Shown piece by piece: positions 44,622 to 53,570 of a stretch of DNA of 64,000 nt. Position numbers and translations under genes: made by a program. Each line of letters begins with the position of its first letter. Position 1 is the stretch's first letter. Location: the NCBI GenBank assembly GCA_001777665.1, contig MFEQ01000004.1, forward strand, positions 129,331 through 193,330, read 5' to 3'. The notes beneath the pieces are model-generated. The model was not told where the DNA came from. It saw nothing but the letters and a program-made list of their open reading frames with translations, and did not search any database. The DNA is from Candidatus Doudnabacteria bacterium RIFCSPHIGHO2_02_FULL_42_25. GTDB taxonomy: Bacteria; Patescibacteriota; Doudnabacteria; UBA920; O2-02-FULL-48-8.

Positions 44622-45986
44622 TCAAGTAACATGTGTAAACGCAATTGCATCGGGAGCAAAGTCAGAAGTTTTCGTCAGTAATCCAGAGCGAATAGCAAAT
44701 TCTCCGTATTTATTATTAATGGAATCCAGGACTGGGGTTAATGTCGCATTTCTATCGACAAAGAGAGACAACTGCTTGACTTTTGGAGATAAATATGTGA
44801 ATCCTACGGCGATATGCATAACTTCACTAGGAAACTTCCATGCATCCCAAACTTTCAATGATTGTTCATACAACTCGAATCCGGTTTCTATAAATCCCTT
44901 TATTTTTCTGGATTTATGAAAATAACTACCCCGCCCGCCATCGCAAGCCTGATTACAAACATGCCCCGTGCTCAGGCGTTGCGGGCAGGCATCAGTCAAC
45001 GATACCGATAAATAAATACCAGAAGCCATCAACCCCTCTCTCCGCATCCTGCGCGATGCTTTTTCAGCTAATCGCAGTATAACTGATTTTAATTTCTCTT
45101 TGTCAGTGGTGCGAAAGTTCAAAACCCAAGAATTCCCAAAGGATTTCTGAGATGTCTCTTTCAGATTGTCCCTCTCCCCTTGCGGGAGAGGGTGGCGCGA
45201 AGCGCCGGGTGAGGGGTAACCCAAGAACCCACCCTCATCTGTCACTAACGTGACATCTTCTCCCGTCAAGGGAGAAGATTCTATAGAATCAATCTCTAAC
45301 CCATTTACGCGCTGCCATATATCAAATCCGGGTTTGCCAAACAAACTAATTAAATTTTGCACGGGATAATCCAACAACTGCAATGGGCTGGTGATATTCA
45401 ATTTTGCCAATCTTTTTTGCCAGCCTCGCGCAATACCCCATAAATCTGAAAGCTGCTTGTGTTTATAAATTTCTGGTAACTGATCGCGCCAGATCACGGT
45501 GAGTCCATCGGGTTTTTGCATGGCTCCGGCTAATTTAGCCAGGAATTTATTTTCTCCTATCCCGATGGAGCAAGTCAACCATTCCCCTATCTCTGATTTA
45601 ATCCGTCTTTTAATTTCAGCAGCTATCAACAATCCTTTGTCATCTGGAATTTCTAAAAAAGATTCATCAATACTATAAGGCTCGACTGACGGACTATAAT
45701 CCCGAAAAATTCTATTCATCTGATCATTCACTTCTCGATATTTATCGGGATCTGACCTAGTTACGATAATATTTGGATAAATTCTTTTGGCTTTATAAAT
45801 CGAGGTCCCTGTCCCTATCCCCAGTTTCTTGGCTTCTTTCGAAGTTCCGATCAGACAACTGGTTTCATGCAAAGAATTTCCCACACCTAAAGGACGGCCT
45901 CGCCAGAGCGGATTTGCTTGCTGCTCTACTGAAGCAAAAAAAGAATTCATATCGATAAGCATGGTGCGAGGAAGTCTAGTCGGCAT
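44622..45986 (-). CDS. dinB: DNA polymerase IV (Y family) with two in-frame palindromic inserts
   Basis: IDMNSFFASVEQ, YSIDESFL, SIGIGENKFLAKLA..KPDG. Start placed at ATG 45986. Confidence 0.92.
   Translation of the reverse strand: MPTRLPRTMLIDMNSFFASVEQQANPLWRGRPLGVGNSLHETSCLIGTSKEAKKLGIGTGTSIYKAKRIYPNIIVTRSDPDKYREVNDQMNRIFRDYSPSVEPYSIDESFLEIPDDKGLLIAAEIKRRIKSEIGEWLTCSIGIGENKFLAKLAGAMQKPDGLTVIWRDQLPEIYKHKQLSDLWGIARGWQKRLAKLNITSPLQLLDYPVQNLISLFGKPGFDIWQRVNGLEIDSIESSPLTGEDVTLVTDEGGFLGYPSPGASRHPLPQGERDNLKETSQKSFGNSWVLNFRTTDKEKLKSVILRLAEKASRRMRREGLMASGIYLSVSLTDACPQRLSTGHVCNQACDGGRGSYFHKSRKIKGFIETGFELYEQSLKVWDAWKFPSEVMHIAVGFTYLSPKVKQLSLFVDRNATLTPVLDSINNKYGEFAIRSGLLTKTSDFAPDAIAFTHVT
44930..44989. 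repeat. 60-bp palindromic element in frame in dinB
   Basis: Ends CCCGCCCGCC.../...GCGGGCAGG as in the 42-bp family. Confidence 0.8.
45169..45278. repeat. inverted pair of REP-like CCCTCTCCC/GGGAGAGGG elements in frame in dinB
   Basis: CCCTCTCCCCTTGCGGGAGAGGG-TGGCGCGAAGCGCC-GGGTGAGGGG plus a degenerate inverted partner. Confidence 0.8.
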
Positions 45987-46221
45987 AGGATTCGAGTAGT
46001 GTCCAAGATAAATTATCCGAGTTAAATTGGAGTTTAAAGTAATTAGTGTTATCGGAAACTGCGAAAAAATAGTACTTACTCCGACCTTCGAAGTTGGACC
46101 ACGATAAATTAATCTTTTTGATAGGAATTTCCCGGCCATGCCAAAGAAACTTGAGTGGCAAAGTTTGATTCTCGCCGAATTTAACGATTACTTCGATTGG
46201 TTCATTAATTTCTTCCAACAT
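45976..46221 (-). CDS. small beta-rich protein overlapping the dinB start (DUF6504-like)
   Basis: P.KFLWHGR..I..W...YFFAV..F.L.F..W.L pattern. Confidence 0.7.
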   Translation of the reverse strand: MLEEINEPIEVIVKFGENQTLPLKFLWHGREIPIKKINLSWSNFEGRSKYYFFAVSDNTNYFKLQFNSDNLSWTLLESYAD

Positions 46222-46256
46222 AAAAAGCGGCTTTCAGCCGCCTTAAATATTGTTTA

Positions 46257-46550
46257 CTATTTCGGGAACACTACTAAATTGCCTAATTCTTTAATGTCAT
46301 TATCAGAAATCACATCTTTCTCTCTTAAAATCTCAGCCAACTTATTGACCTTCTCATCTTCCTTGCGAAGTTTGGTAATTAAACCGCCTTCCATGTCCGC
46401 CACTTTATCTGTTAAAAAGGTCTTAGTAACCATCTGGGTTTGGATCTGATTTAAAACCGGCTCCAAATTATTTTCCCAAACTTGTCCAAAACCTCCTATA
46501 ACCTCTTCTCTTACTACTTGTTTTATTTGTTCTAAGTCTTTTTTGTCCAT
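46257..46550 (-). CDS. small coiled-coil hypothetical protein (97 aa)
   Basis: ORF with its own promoter TTGACG-17-TAGAAT. Confidence 0.7.
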   Translation of the reverse strand: MDKKDLEQIKQVVREEVIGGFGQVWENNLEPVLNQIQTQMVTKTFLTDKVADMEGGLITKLRKEDEKVNKLAEILREKDVISDNDIKELGNLVVFPK

Positions 46551-46796
46551 ATTGTTCTTTCTGCCGCCGAAATTAGTGTCTTTTAATTCTAAAACTTAGT
46601 TACTTCAACGTCAAGTTATTAAAAAGCAGCTCTTGCGAGCCGCCTTTCGTTGCGTCCCGACTTTCGTCGAGGACAAGTATTTATTTTAGTGTCCCAACAT
46701 TGTTGAAGACCCTTTCATTAATACATTTCTATTCTAAAAGGCCGGAAATCTTTTGTCAATAAAAAAACCCAATAGCAAGCTACTGGGTCACGATTT

Positions 46797-46907
46797 TTAG
46801 TCGCCAGCGAGGGTTTCCCAAAGAATGTCAATGTCTTCCTTGCTCCAGGGCTTCGGAGTCTTCGGCTTTTCCGCGCCTTTTTTCGGACGTCCTTGCTTCT
46901 TTTCCAT
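46797..46907 (-). CDS. 36-aa microprotein MEKKQGRPKKGAEKPKTPKPWSKEDIDILWETLAGD
   Basis: Translated by hand. SD GGAGG upstream; terminator ACCCAGTAGC/GCTATTGGGT + U-tract downstream. Confidence 0.55.
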   Translation of the reverse strand: MEKKQGRPKKGAEKPKTPKPWSKEDIDILWETLAGD

Positions 46908-47140
46908 ATTTCCTCCATTCGTAATTCGTTAAATTCGTAGTTTGTAGAAGATTGCCAACCATGGATCTGTTCTCGGCAATCAAAAAACCGCCTTTTCTAT
47001 AGCGGCAGTGGAAACTTCTACAAACTCGAAACTACCGCTTTAGGTGGTAAGGCGGCTAAGCAACAAACCTGAATTTGTCACATATTTCGTGTTCATAAAA
47101 AGATTATATAATGTTCTGTTTTAATGGTCAAGAGTTAGGA

Positions 47141-47249
47141 TTCCTCCCCTGGAACAGGGGAGGTTAGGTGGGGTAGATACTAGAATTAGATAGCAGTTTT
47201 TATTCTCAAACCGTACCTCCCCTAACCCCTCCTATCCTAGGAGGGGAAT
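47141..47249. repeat. inverted pair of REP-like elements (CCTCCCCT..AGGGGAGG..GGGG)
   Basis: TTCCTCCCCTGGAACAGGGGAGGTTAGGTGGGGTA ... TACCTCCCCTAACCCCTCCTATCCTAGGAGGGGAA. Confidence 0.8.
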
Positions 47250-47258
47250 AACTGCGGA

Positions 47259-47681
47259 CTAACCCTTCTTCAGCATTAAACACGCAGAATTAATACAGTA
47301 CCTTTTGCCTCCCTGATCCTTAGGGCCGTCGTCGAAGACGTGACCCAAATGCGAGCCACAGTTTTTACAAGTGACTTCGATCCGATGCACCTGCCCGCCA
47401 ATGCCTGCGGCATCAGGCGTTGGCAGGCGGGTCCCATGATCATCATCATCGCGAAGTTCGATATTTTTTAAATTAGCTGGCTCGGTAAATGATGGCCAGC
47501 CAGTTCCTGAATCAAATTTCGTATCAGATGAAAACAACTCATTATTACACACAGCGCAAACATACATACCTTTATCTTTGGTATGCACGTACTGGCCGCT
47601 GAAAGGAGCTTCAGTCCCCTTCTTCCTCATAATCTCGTACTGTTCTGGCGTGAGTTTTTTCTTTAGTTCTTCATCATTCAT
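47259..47681 (-). CDS. msrB: peptide-methionine (R)-S-oxide reductase MsrB with 14-aa insert
   Basis: GTEAPF, CAVC, KFDSGTGWPSF, HLGHVFDDGP, RYCINS. Confidence 0.95.
   Translation of the reverse strand: MNDEELKKKLTPEQYEIMRKKGTEAPFSGQYVHTKDKGMYVCAVCNNELFSSDTKFDSGTGWPSFTEPANLKNIELRDDDDHGTRLPTPDAAGIGGQVHRIEVTCKNCGSHLGHVFDDGPKDQGGKRYCINSACLMLKKG
47390..47431. repeat. 42-bp palindromic element in frame in msrB
   Basis: Removing it restores codons CAT GGG ATG CAT (HGMH-RIEV). Confidence 0.92.
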
Positions 47682-48658
47682 ATATTTTTTAGTCCTAACT
47701 TCTTAATTCTACCATTCTGAATCCAATTATCAATGCTGTATTTGCCGCCATTATTAATAATTAAATACAAAGCTAACGCGAGTAATATATAGTGTGGCCA
47801 TACTGCTTCTTTGAAATAAATTATAGATAATATATACAAAATCAAAGTCAAAAAGGCATTAAATCTAGTAGCAAATCCGAAAATTATGGCTAATCCTACT
47901 ACCACTTGCATAGCTCCAGTCCCGAGGGAAATCAATAGAGGATCAGACGGAAATAACCATCGAATCTCGGTTAAATTATATCTTTCCACAATCTCGATCA
48001 TGATAACAGGATGAAGAATCTTGATCGTAATCGCGGGATATAAGACAGAAATTCCATATGTGATTCGAATAAGGGGAATTTCCCAATCTTTAATTGAATT
48101 AACCCAACCATTAGCCTTGCGTAACAACCCATCTAAAGACATAAATTTTGAACCCCAAAAAATCAAAACCAACAATTCTCCGAAATAGTTAAAATAAGTA
48201 ACAATGTAATCTTTATAAATAAGTGTGGTAAGAATTAAAATAATTAAGCCGATGACGCTAGCTATTTCTGTAAATAGGCCTAACAAAATTAAACTACCGA
48301 TTATATATAATACGGGCTTTAAAACTTCACCTAGGGGAATTGAAGTTAAAGAAATTTCAGGCCCTAAAAAAGAATTAAAATATGCTGAAGCTAAAAATGA
48401 TAAGGCCAGAGCAACTCGTAGTATTACGTGTCCAAATGGCTCAAGACGCTCGAGCTTACGATTAAATATAATCCCGGTCTTCGATACAGCAAATAAATAA
48501 TAAAGTCCTATAACTGCAAAAAAGCTTAGAATAACAACCAGACTTAAGAAAAGATTGTGAGGATTTTTTATTGCATCAAAAACATTTATGCTCCAATCAC
48601 GCATGCCACTATCTATTACTTGAGGTGGCACTACGTAATTTTCATGAGCTATCCGCAT
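47678..48658 (-). CDS. DoxX family membrane protein (duplicated DoxX)
   Basis: Two R..G..L.G..T[RE] units; GKYSID. Confidence 0.75.
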   Translation of the reverse strand: MRIAHENYVVPPQVIDSGMRDWSINVFDAIKNPHNLFLSLVVILSFFAVIGLYYLFAVSKTGIIFNRKLERLEPFGHVILRVALALSFLASAYFNSFLGPEISLTSIPLGEVLKPVLYIIGSLILLGLFTEIASVIGLIILILTTLIYKDYIVTYFNYFGELLVLIFWGSKFMSLDGLLRKANGWVNSIKDWEIPLIRITYGISVLYPAITIKILHPVIMIEIVERYNLTEIRWLFPSDPLLISLGTGAMQVVVGLAIIFGFATRFNAFLTLILYILSIIYFKEAVWPHYILLALALYLIINNGGKYSIDNWIQNGRIKKLGLKNI

Positions 48659-50299
48659 TTATTTAAAATCCAAATGCTTCATGGAGTAGTCAAATGATGC
48701 ATTGGCTTTCTTGTGAGGATTAAAAATTCCTTCTGAGTCAAAAATCTTTTTGGTTTGCTTAAATAAATGATAAACTTCCGCTCCAAACATTTGTTCAAGA
48801 TAAGGTCCTCTGACCATACCGTCGTTGTGTTCCCCCGTCATCGAGCCTTCGTACTCAAACACCAAATCATAAACTTCTTTGCCTAACTTTTTGATTATGC
48901 CCGCAACTTTGGGATCGCCGACTTTCATCAGTGGGATGATATGGAAATTACCATCTCCGACGTGTCCAGCCACTGTATATAATAGATTATACTTATCTAG
49001 AATTTTGTAAAGCTTAGGGAGAAATTCGCCCAAGACTTCTGGCCTGACCACAAAGTCATCGATAAACGGAGCTGTGCGCATGCCCTGGACGTGATGCCGA
49101 AGCATACTGAAACTTTCACGCCTTATGACCCAGTATTTTTCTGCACCGCTATCTGACAAAATCAATTTCGTCTTTAAATTAAACTCTTGCAAGCTTTTCT
49201 GGGCATCGCGAGCTAATTTAATCGCTTCAGCGTCTTTGTCAGAAGAAAACTCGACCAACATGACTAATTTCGGAATCCCACCTGTGAGCACCATCCAGGC
49301 TTCTGGAATGAAACTCAAAAATAATTTAATCGCATTGCCTTTGAGTTTAGCGATAATATCTGGAAGTAATTTCAAAGCGACTTTAAAGGTATGATCATCA
49401 TACGATTCGATGCTTTGCGGTTTAAATTTCAATAAATGATTTACAATTCCTGGCAACTGGTGCATGTCATTTAGAAACACCACTAATAAATGTTCACGGG
49501 TCTTTGGTTTAACAAGCTTTAATTTAAATTCTGTCATCAAACCCAAAGTTCCTTGCGATCCTACGATCAATTTTGTCAGGTCAAAAATTCCTTTGGCTTT
49601 ATCATAGACATTCCACAAATAATAACCTGCCGAATTTTTCGAAACCTTAGGCTTGGCTGATTGAAGCAACGCATAATTCTGATCAATCAAATCAAACATT
49701 TTAGTATAAATCTCACCTTCCAATCCTGCCGCATGTTTTTTCTTTTCTAATTCGGCCATTGTCAGAGGTTTAAATGTGGTTTCCTGGCCATCAGCTAAAA
49801 CCATTTTTACTTCTTGAATATAGCGTTCGGTTTTACCATATAACAAATTTAATTCCCCACCAGAATTATTGGCCACGATTCCGCCTAGCGCTGCTAAATC
49901 TTTCGACGCCGGATAACTAGGCAAAAGCAATTTTTTCTTCTTTGCTGCTTTTTCAAAATCACGATAATACACTCCCGGTTCGACGACTGCATAATCTTTG
50001 CCGATTTTTCTGATGTGATTAAAATATTTGGTAAATGAAACGACGATTGATTCGCTTAAATCCCCACCACTCATGTCAGTGCCAGCAGCTCTCGGAGTGA
50101 GCGACAAATTAAAACCGTGGCTGACTTTTTCCGCAACAAAATTCACCAAAGCTTGGACGTCTTTGGAATCTTTGGGAAAAACAACTACCTGAGGTGAAAC
50201 TTTATAGACGCTGGCGTCTTTGCTAAAAGTGTCGAGGGTTTGCCGGTCAGTTTTAACCTCTCCTTTTATTATATTTTGTATTTGTTTCTTTAGATCCAT
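48659..50299 (-). CDS. FAD-linked oxidoreductase (GlcD / D-lactate dehydrogenase family)
   Basis: PRAAGTDMSG, VEPGV, GGIVANNSGG, GSQGTLG, GHVGDGNFH, TGEHNDG. Confidence 0.88.
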   Translation of the reverse strand: MDLKKQIQNIIKGEVKTDRQTLDTFSKDASVYKVSPQVVVFPKDSKDVQALVNFVAEKVSHGFNLSLTPRAAGTDMSGGDLSESIVVSFTKYFNHIRKIGKDYAVVEPGVYYRDFEKAAKKKKLLLPSYPASKDLAALGGIVANNSGGELNLLYGKTERYIQEVKMVLADGQETTFKPLTMAELEKKKHAAGLEGEIYTKMFDLIDQNYALLQSAKPKVSKNSAGYYLWNVYDKAKGIFDLTKLIVGSQGTLGLMTEFKLKLVKPKTREHLLVVFLNDMHQLPGIVNHLLKFKPQSIESYDDHTFKVALKLLPDIIAKLKGNAIKLFLSFIPEAWMVLTGGIPKLVMLVEFSSDKDAEAIKLARDAQKSLQEFNLKTKLILSDSGAEKYWVIRRESFSMLRHHVQGMRTAPFIDDFVVRPEVLGEFLPKLYKILDKYNLLYTVAGHVGDGNFHIIPLMKVGDPKVAGIIKKLGKEVYDLVFEYEGSMTGEHNDGMVRGPYLEQMFGAEVYHLFKQTKKIFDSEGIFNPHKKANASFDYSMKHLDFK

Positions 50300-50363
50300 T
50301 TATGTTCTAATTATACCATAAATGATAAAAATAGTGGTATAATAACCCTATTCGTAAGCCCTA

Positions 50364-51146
50364 ATGAAACTAAATTTCGAATTATTTAATCCCAAGGGAT
50401 TTATCTCTGAACAACAGACAGATTTGATTATCACTGTCGTGGCTTTATTGCTGATTGCAGTCATCCCAGCCCTAGTCTTAACTTTTACCTTTGCCTGGAA
50501 ATACCGTGCTAGCAAGCAGTCAAAATTCACACCCAATGTCTCCGGTAATACGAAGTTACAACTAGGCTGGTTAGGGTTTCTCATTCTCATCATCATATCG
50601 GTCGGCACTCTTGCTTTCAAAAATAGTCACGCTCTGGATCCTCGAAAACCGATTCAGTCTGAAAAACAGGCAATCACAATCCAAGTCGTAGCGCTGGAAT
50701 GGAAATGGTTGTTTATATATCCGAACTCAAGTATCGCTAGTGTAAACTTTTTACAATTCCCTGAAGATACCCCGATCAATTTGGAGATTACGGCTGATGC
50801 CCCGATGAATTCGTTTTTGATTCCACAGCTAGGAGGCCAGATGTATGCAATGAACGGGATGAAAACTTCACTCCATATCATGGCCAATGAAGTTGGCGAT
50901 TATCGAGGGTTTTCATCCAACATTAGTGGGGAGGGATTTTCTGGGATGAAATTTACCGCCAGGGCTAGTTCAGACCGAGATTTCAATGCTTGGGTAGAAA
51001 CAGCTAGAATTAGCAGTGGTAGTTTAAATTACAATGAACTGGCTAAACCAAGTAAAAATAATTTACCTACTACTTATCTGGTGGCACAAACCGATTTATT
51101 TGATTCAATTGTTATGAAATATGGGGAGCCAATACATGTTCGGTAG
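50364..51146 (+). CDS. cyoA: quinol oxidase subunit II
   Basis: FNPKG, WKYR, IQVVALEWKWLFIYP, MNSFLIPQLGGQMYAM; no CuA cysteines. Confidence 0.92.
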   Translation: MKLNFELFNPKGFISEQQTDLIITVVALLLIAVIPALVLTFTFAWKYRASKQSKFTPNVSGNTKLQLGWLGFLILIIISVGTLAFKNSHALDPRKPIQSEKQAITIQVVALEWKWLFIYPNSSIASVNFLQFPEDTPINLEITADAPMNSFLIPQLGGQMYAMNGMKTSLHIMANEVGDYRGFSSNISGEGFSGMKFTARASSDRDFNAWVETARISSGSLNYNELAKPSKNNLPTTYLVAQTDLFDSIVMKYGEPIHVR

Positions 51147-53004
51147 ACTAAGCCTAGAAGCTCTACCCCACGAATGGTATACGCTGGGAGCAGTGGTCTC
51201 TTTAGGGCTTGGTGGTTTAGTTGCGGCAATTTTTCTGTCCAAAAAAAAGCTATGGGGTTGGTTATGGAATGAATGGTTGACTAGTACTGATCCGAAAAAA
51301 ATCGGCATCATGTATATCATCGTTGCCCTACTAATGTTATTCCGAGGATTCTTAGATGCTGCTATGCTCTGGTTCCAGCAAGCAGTTCTCAATGGAACAT
51401 CGTATGGATTAAGCGCTGATCATTTCCAGGAAATTTTCACTGCGCACGGTGTGATCATGGTGATTTTCGTCACTATGGGGTTGATGTTTGGCCTCATGAA
51501 CTATATTATCCCACTCCAAATCGGAGCCAGAGATGTCGCGTTTCCTTTTATCAATTCTTTGAGTTTTTGGCTCTATGTCGCTGGGGCGATTTTCCTCAAT
51601 CTATTTTTCGTCCTAGGCGGAGATTTTTCTTCCGCTGGGTGGCTGGCTTATCCCCCATTATCTGGATTGGAATATAGTCCCGGGGTCGGGGTGGATTATT
51701 GGATTTGGAGTTTACAAATTTCAGGACTAGGTACGCTTCTCGGGGGCATCAACATTTTGGTGACTATTCTCAAAATGCGAGCGCCAGGTATGACACTGAT
51801 GAAAATGCCAATGTTTACCTGGGCCACACTTTGCAGCATGGTTTTGATTGTTTCGACTTTCCCTCTCCTCACAGCTACTCTTGTCTTATTATCGCTGGAT
51901 CGATTGATCGGGACGCATTTTTTCACTTCTACCATGGGAGGTAACCCCATGATGTACGTCAATTTAATCTGGATGTGGGGGCATCCGGAAGTCTATATCA
52001 TCATGATCCCGTCATTTGGAATTTTTGCCCAAGTTGTTAGCACGTTTAGCCGAAAAAAATTATTTGGGTATAGCTGGACCGTGGCAAGTTTGATCGCAGT
52101 GACTCTTCTCTCGATGTTGGTTTGGCTCCACCACTTCTTTACCATGGGAGCAGGTGCTAACGTCAATGCATTCTTTGGAATTATGACTATGATCATCGCG
52201 ATCCCGACTGGAATTATTGTTTTTAATTCGATCATGACTATGTACCAGGGTAGGATTACATTCGGAACCCCCATGCTTTGGTTTTTGGGATTTGTCAGTA
52301 CCTTTTCTTTTGGCGGGATGGCTGGGGTCATGCTGTCAGTACCAGCGATAGATTTTCAGGTTCATAACAGTTTGTTTCTAGTCGCTCACTTCCATACTAT
52401 GGCTATAGGTGGAGCGTTATTCGGGATCTTCGCTGGATTTAGTTTCTGGTTTTCCAAAATTACTGGATTCAAACTGAATGAAAAAATTGGTAAAGCGGCA
52501 TTCTGGTGCTGGATAGTTGGATTTTTTGTTAGCTTCGTCCCCCTTTACGTCTTAGGCTTTATGGGTGCAACTCGTCGATTAGATCAGTATGACCCATCGA
52601 CTGGTTGGCAATCCTTATTTATTATTTCCTTCGTTGGGTTATTAATTATTGCAACCGGAGCCTTCCTCCAAGTTCTACAACTCATCCATGGGTTTCTGAA
52701 ACGAAATGAAAATAAAGATCTCACTGGTAATCCCTGGGAAGCAGAAGGCCTAGAATGGTCAACCTCTTCCCCGCCGCCTGATTACAATTTTGCTGTAATT
52801 CCAGGAACGAATAAAATCGAAGAATTTCACATGCCGAAAAATACCCCAATTGGAATTTACGTCTCTGGATTTGTGTTTTTGGTTGGATTTGGTGCAGTGT
52901 GGCATATATATTGGCTCACTGCATTAGGAATTATCGGAGCAATTATTTGTGTCATCATTCGAGCACTCGATGAAGATACAGAATACAAGGTTATACTCAA
53001 ATGA
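51136..53004 (+). CDS. cyoB: heme-copper quinol oxidase subunit I
   Basis: RGFLDA, FTAHG, WGHPEVY, WLHHFF, AHFH, TRR. Confidence 0.95.
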   Translation: MFGRLSLEALPHEWYTLGAVVSLGLGGLVAAIFLSKKKLWGWLWNEWLTSTDPKKIGIMYIIVALLMLFRGFLDAAMLWFQQAVLNGTSYGLSADHFQEIFTAHGVIMVIFVTMGLMFGLMNYIIPLQIGARDVAFPFINSLSFWLYVAGAIFLNLFFVLGGDFSSAGWLAYPPLSGLEYSPGVGVDYWIWSLQISGLGTLLGGINILVTILKMRAPGMTLMKMPMFTWATLCSMVLIVSTFPLLTATLVLLSLDRLIGTHFFTSTMGGNPMMYVNLIWMWGHPEVYIIMIPSFGIFAQVVSTFSRKKLFGYSWTVASLIAVTLLSMLVWLHHFFTMGAGANVNAFFGIMTMIIAIPTGIIVFNSIMTMYQGRITFGTPMLWFLGFVSTFSFGGMAGVMLSVPAIDFQVHNSLFLVAHFHTMAIGGALFGIFAGFSFWFSKITGFKLNEKIGKAAFWCWIVGFFVSFVPLYVLGFMGATRRLDQYDPSTGWQSLFIISFVGLLIIATGAFLQVLQLIHGFLKRNENKDLTGNPWEAEGLEWSTSSPPPDYNFAVIPGTNKIEEFHMPKNTPIGIYVSGFVFLVGFGAVWHIYWLTALGIIGAIICVIIRALDEDTEYKVILK

Positions 53005-53570
53005 GTCATACTGAAACTCACGAAAGATCACTACTAGGATTCTGGATTTACCTCATGACAGATCTGTTGTCATTTGGAGTTTTGTTCGCGACTTACGCTG
53101 TGCTCTCTCCAAATACCGCAGGTGGGCCAAATGCCAAAGAACTTTTCAGTTTACCGTTTGTATTGATTGAAACTTTAATCTTACTGACGAGTAGTTTTAC
53201 TGTGGGGTTAGCGATGCTGGCTGTTTTCAAACAAGCCAAACAACAAGCATTGATTTGGTTTGGTGTCACATTTCTTTTAGGACTCACTTTCCTAGGCATG
53301 GAATTGTATGAGTTTAACAATCTCATTGCTGAAGGTGCGTCTTGGGAACGCAGCGCTTTTCTGTCTTCCTTCTTCACTTTAGTCGGAACTCACGGCTTGC
53401 ATATTTCCGTGGGCTTACTTTGGATGGCAGTTTCAATGGTCATGATTTGGAAAAGGGGGCTGACGCCGTTTATCAATTCCAAATTAACCAGACTCGCTCT
53501 GTTCTGGCATTTCTTGGACATCGTCTGGATTTTTATTTTTACAATTGTCTATCTTCTCTCTTATGTTTAA
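53001..53570 (+). CDS. cyoC: quinol oxidase subunit III
   Basis: GFWIYLMTD, ETLILLTSS, FFTLVGTHGLH, FWHFLDIVW. Confidence 0.93.
   Translation: MSHTETHERSLLGFWIYLMTDLLSFGVLFATYAVLSPNTAGGPNAKELFSLPFVLIETLILLTSSFTVGLAMLAVFKQAKQQALIWFGVTFLLGLTFLGMELYEFNNLIAEGASWERSAFLSSFFTLVGTHGLHISVGLLWMAVSMVMIWKRGLTPFINSKLTRLALFWHFLDIVWIFIFTIVYLLSYV

Noticed and set aside
45987-46139. N-terminal extension of DinB given by the ORF track
   Set aside because: It overlaps the real 81-aa upstream gene; the Y-family motif begins just after ATG 45986.
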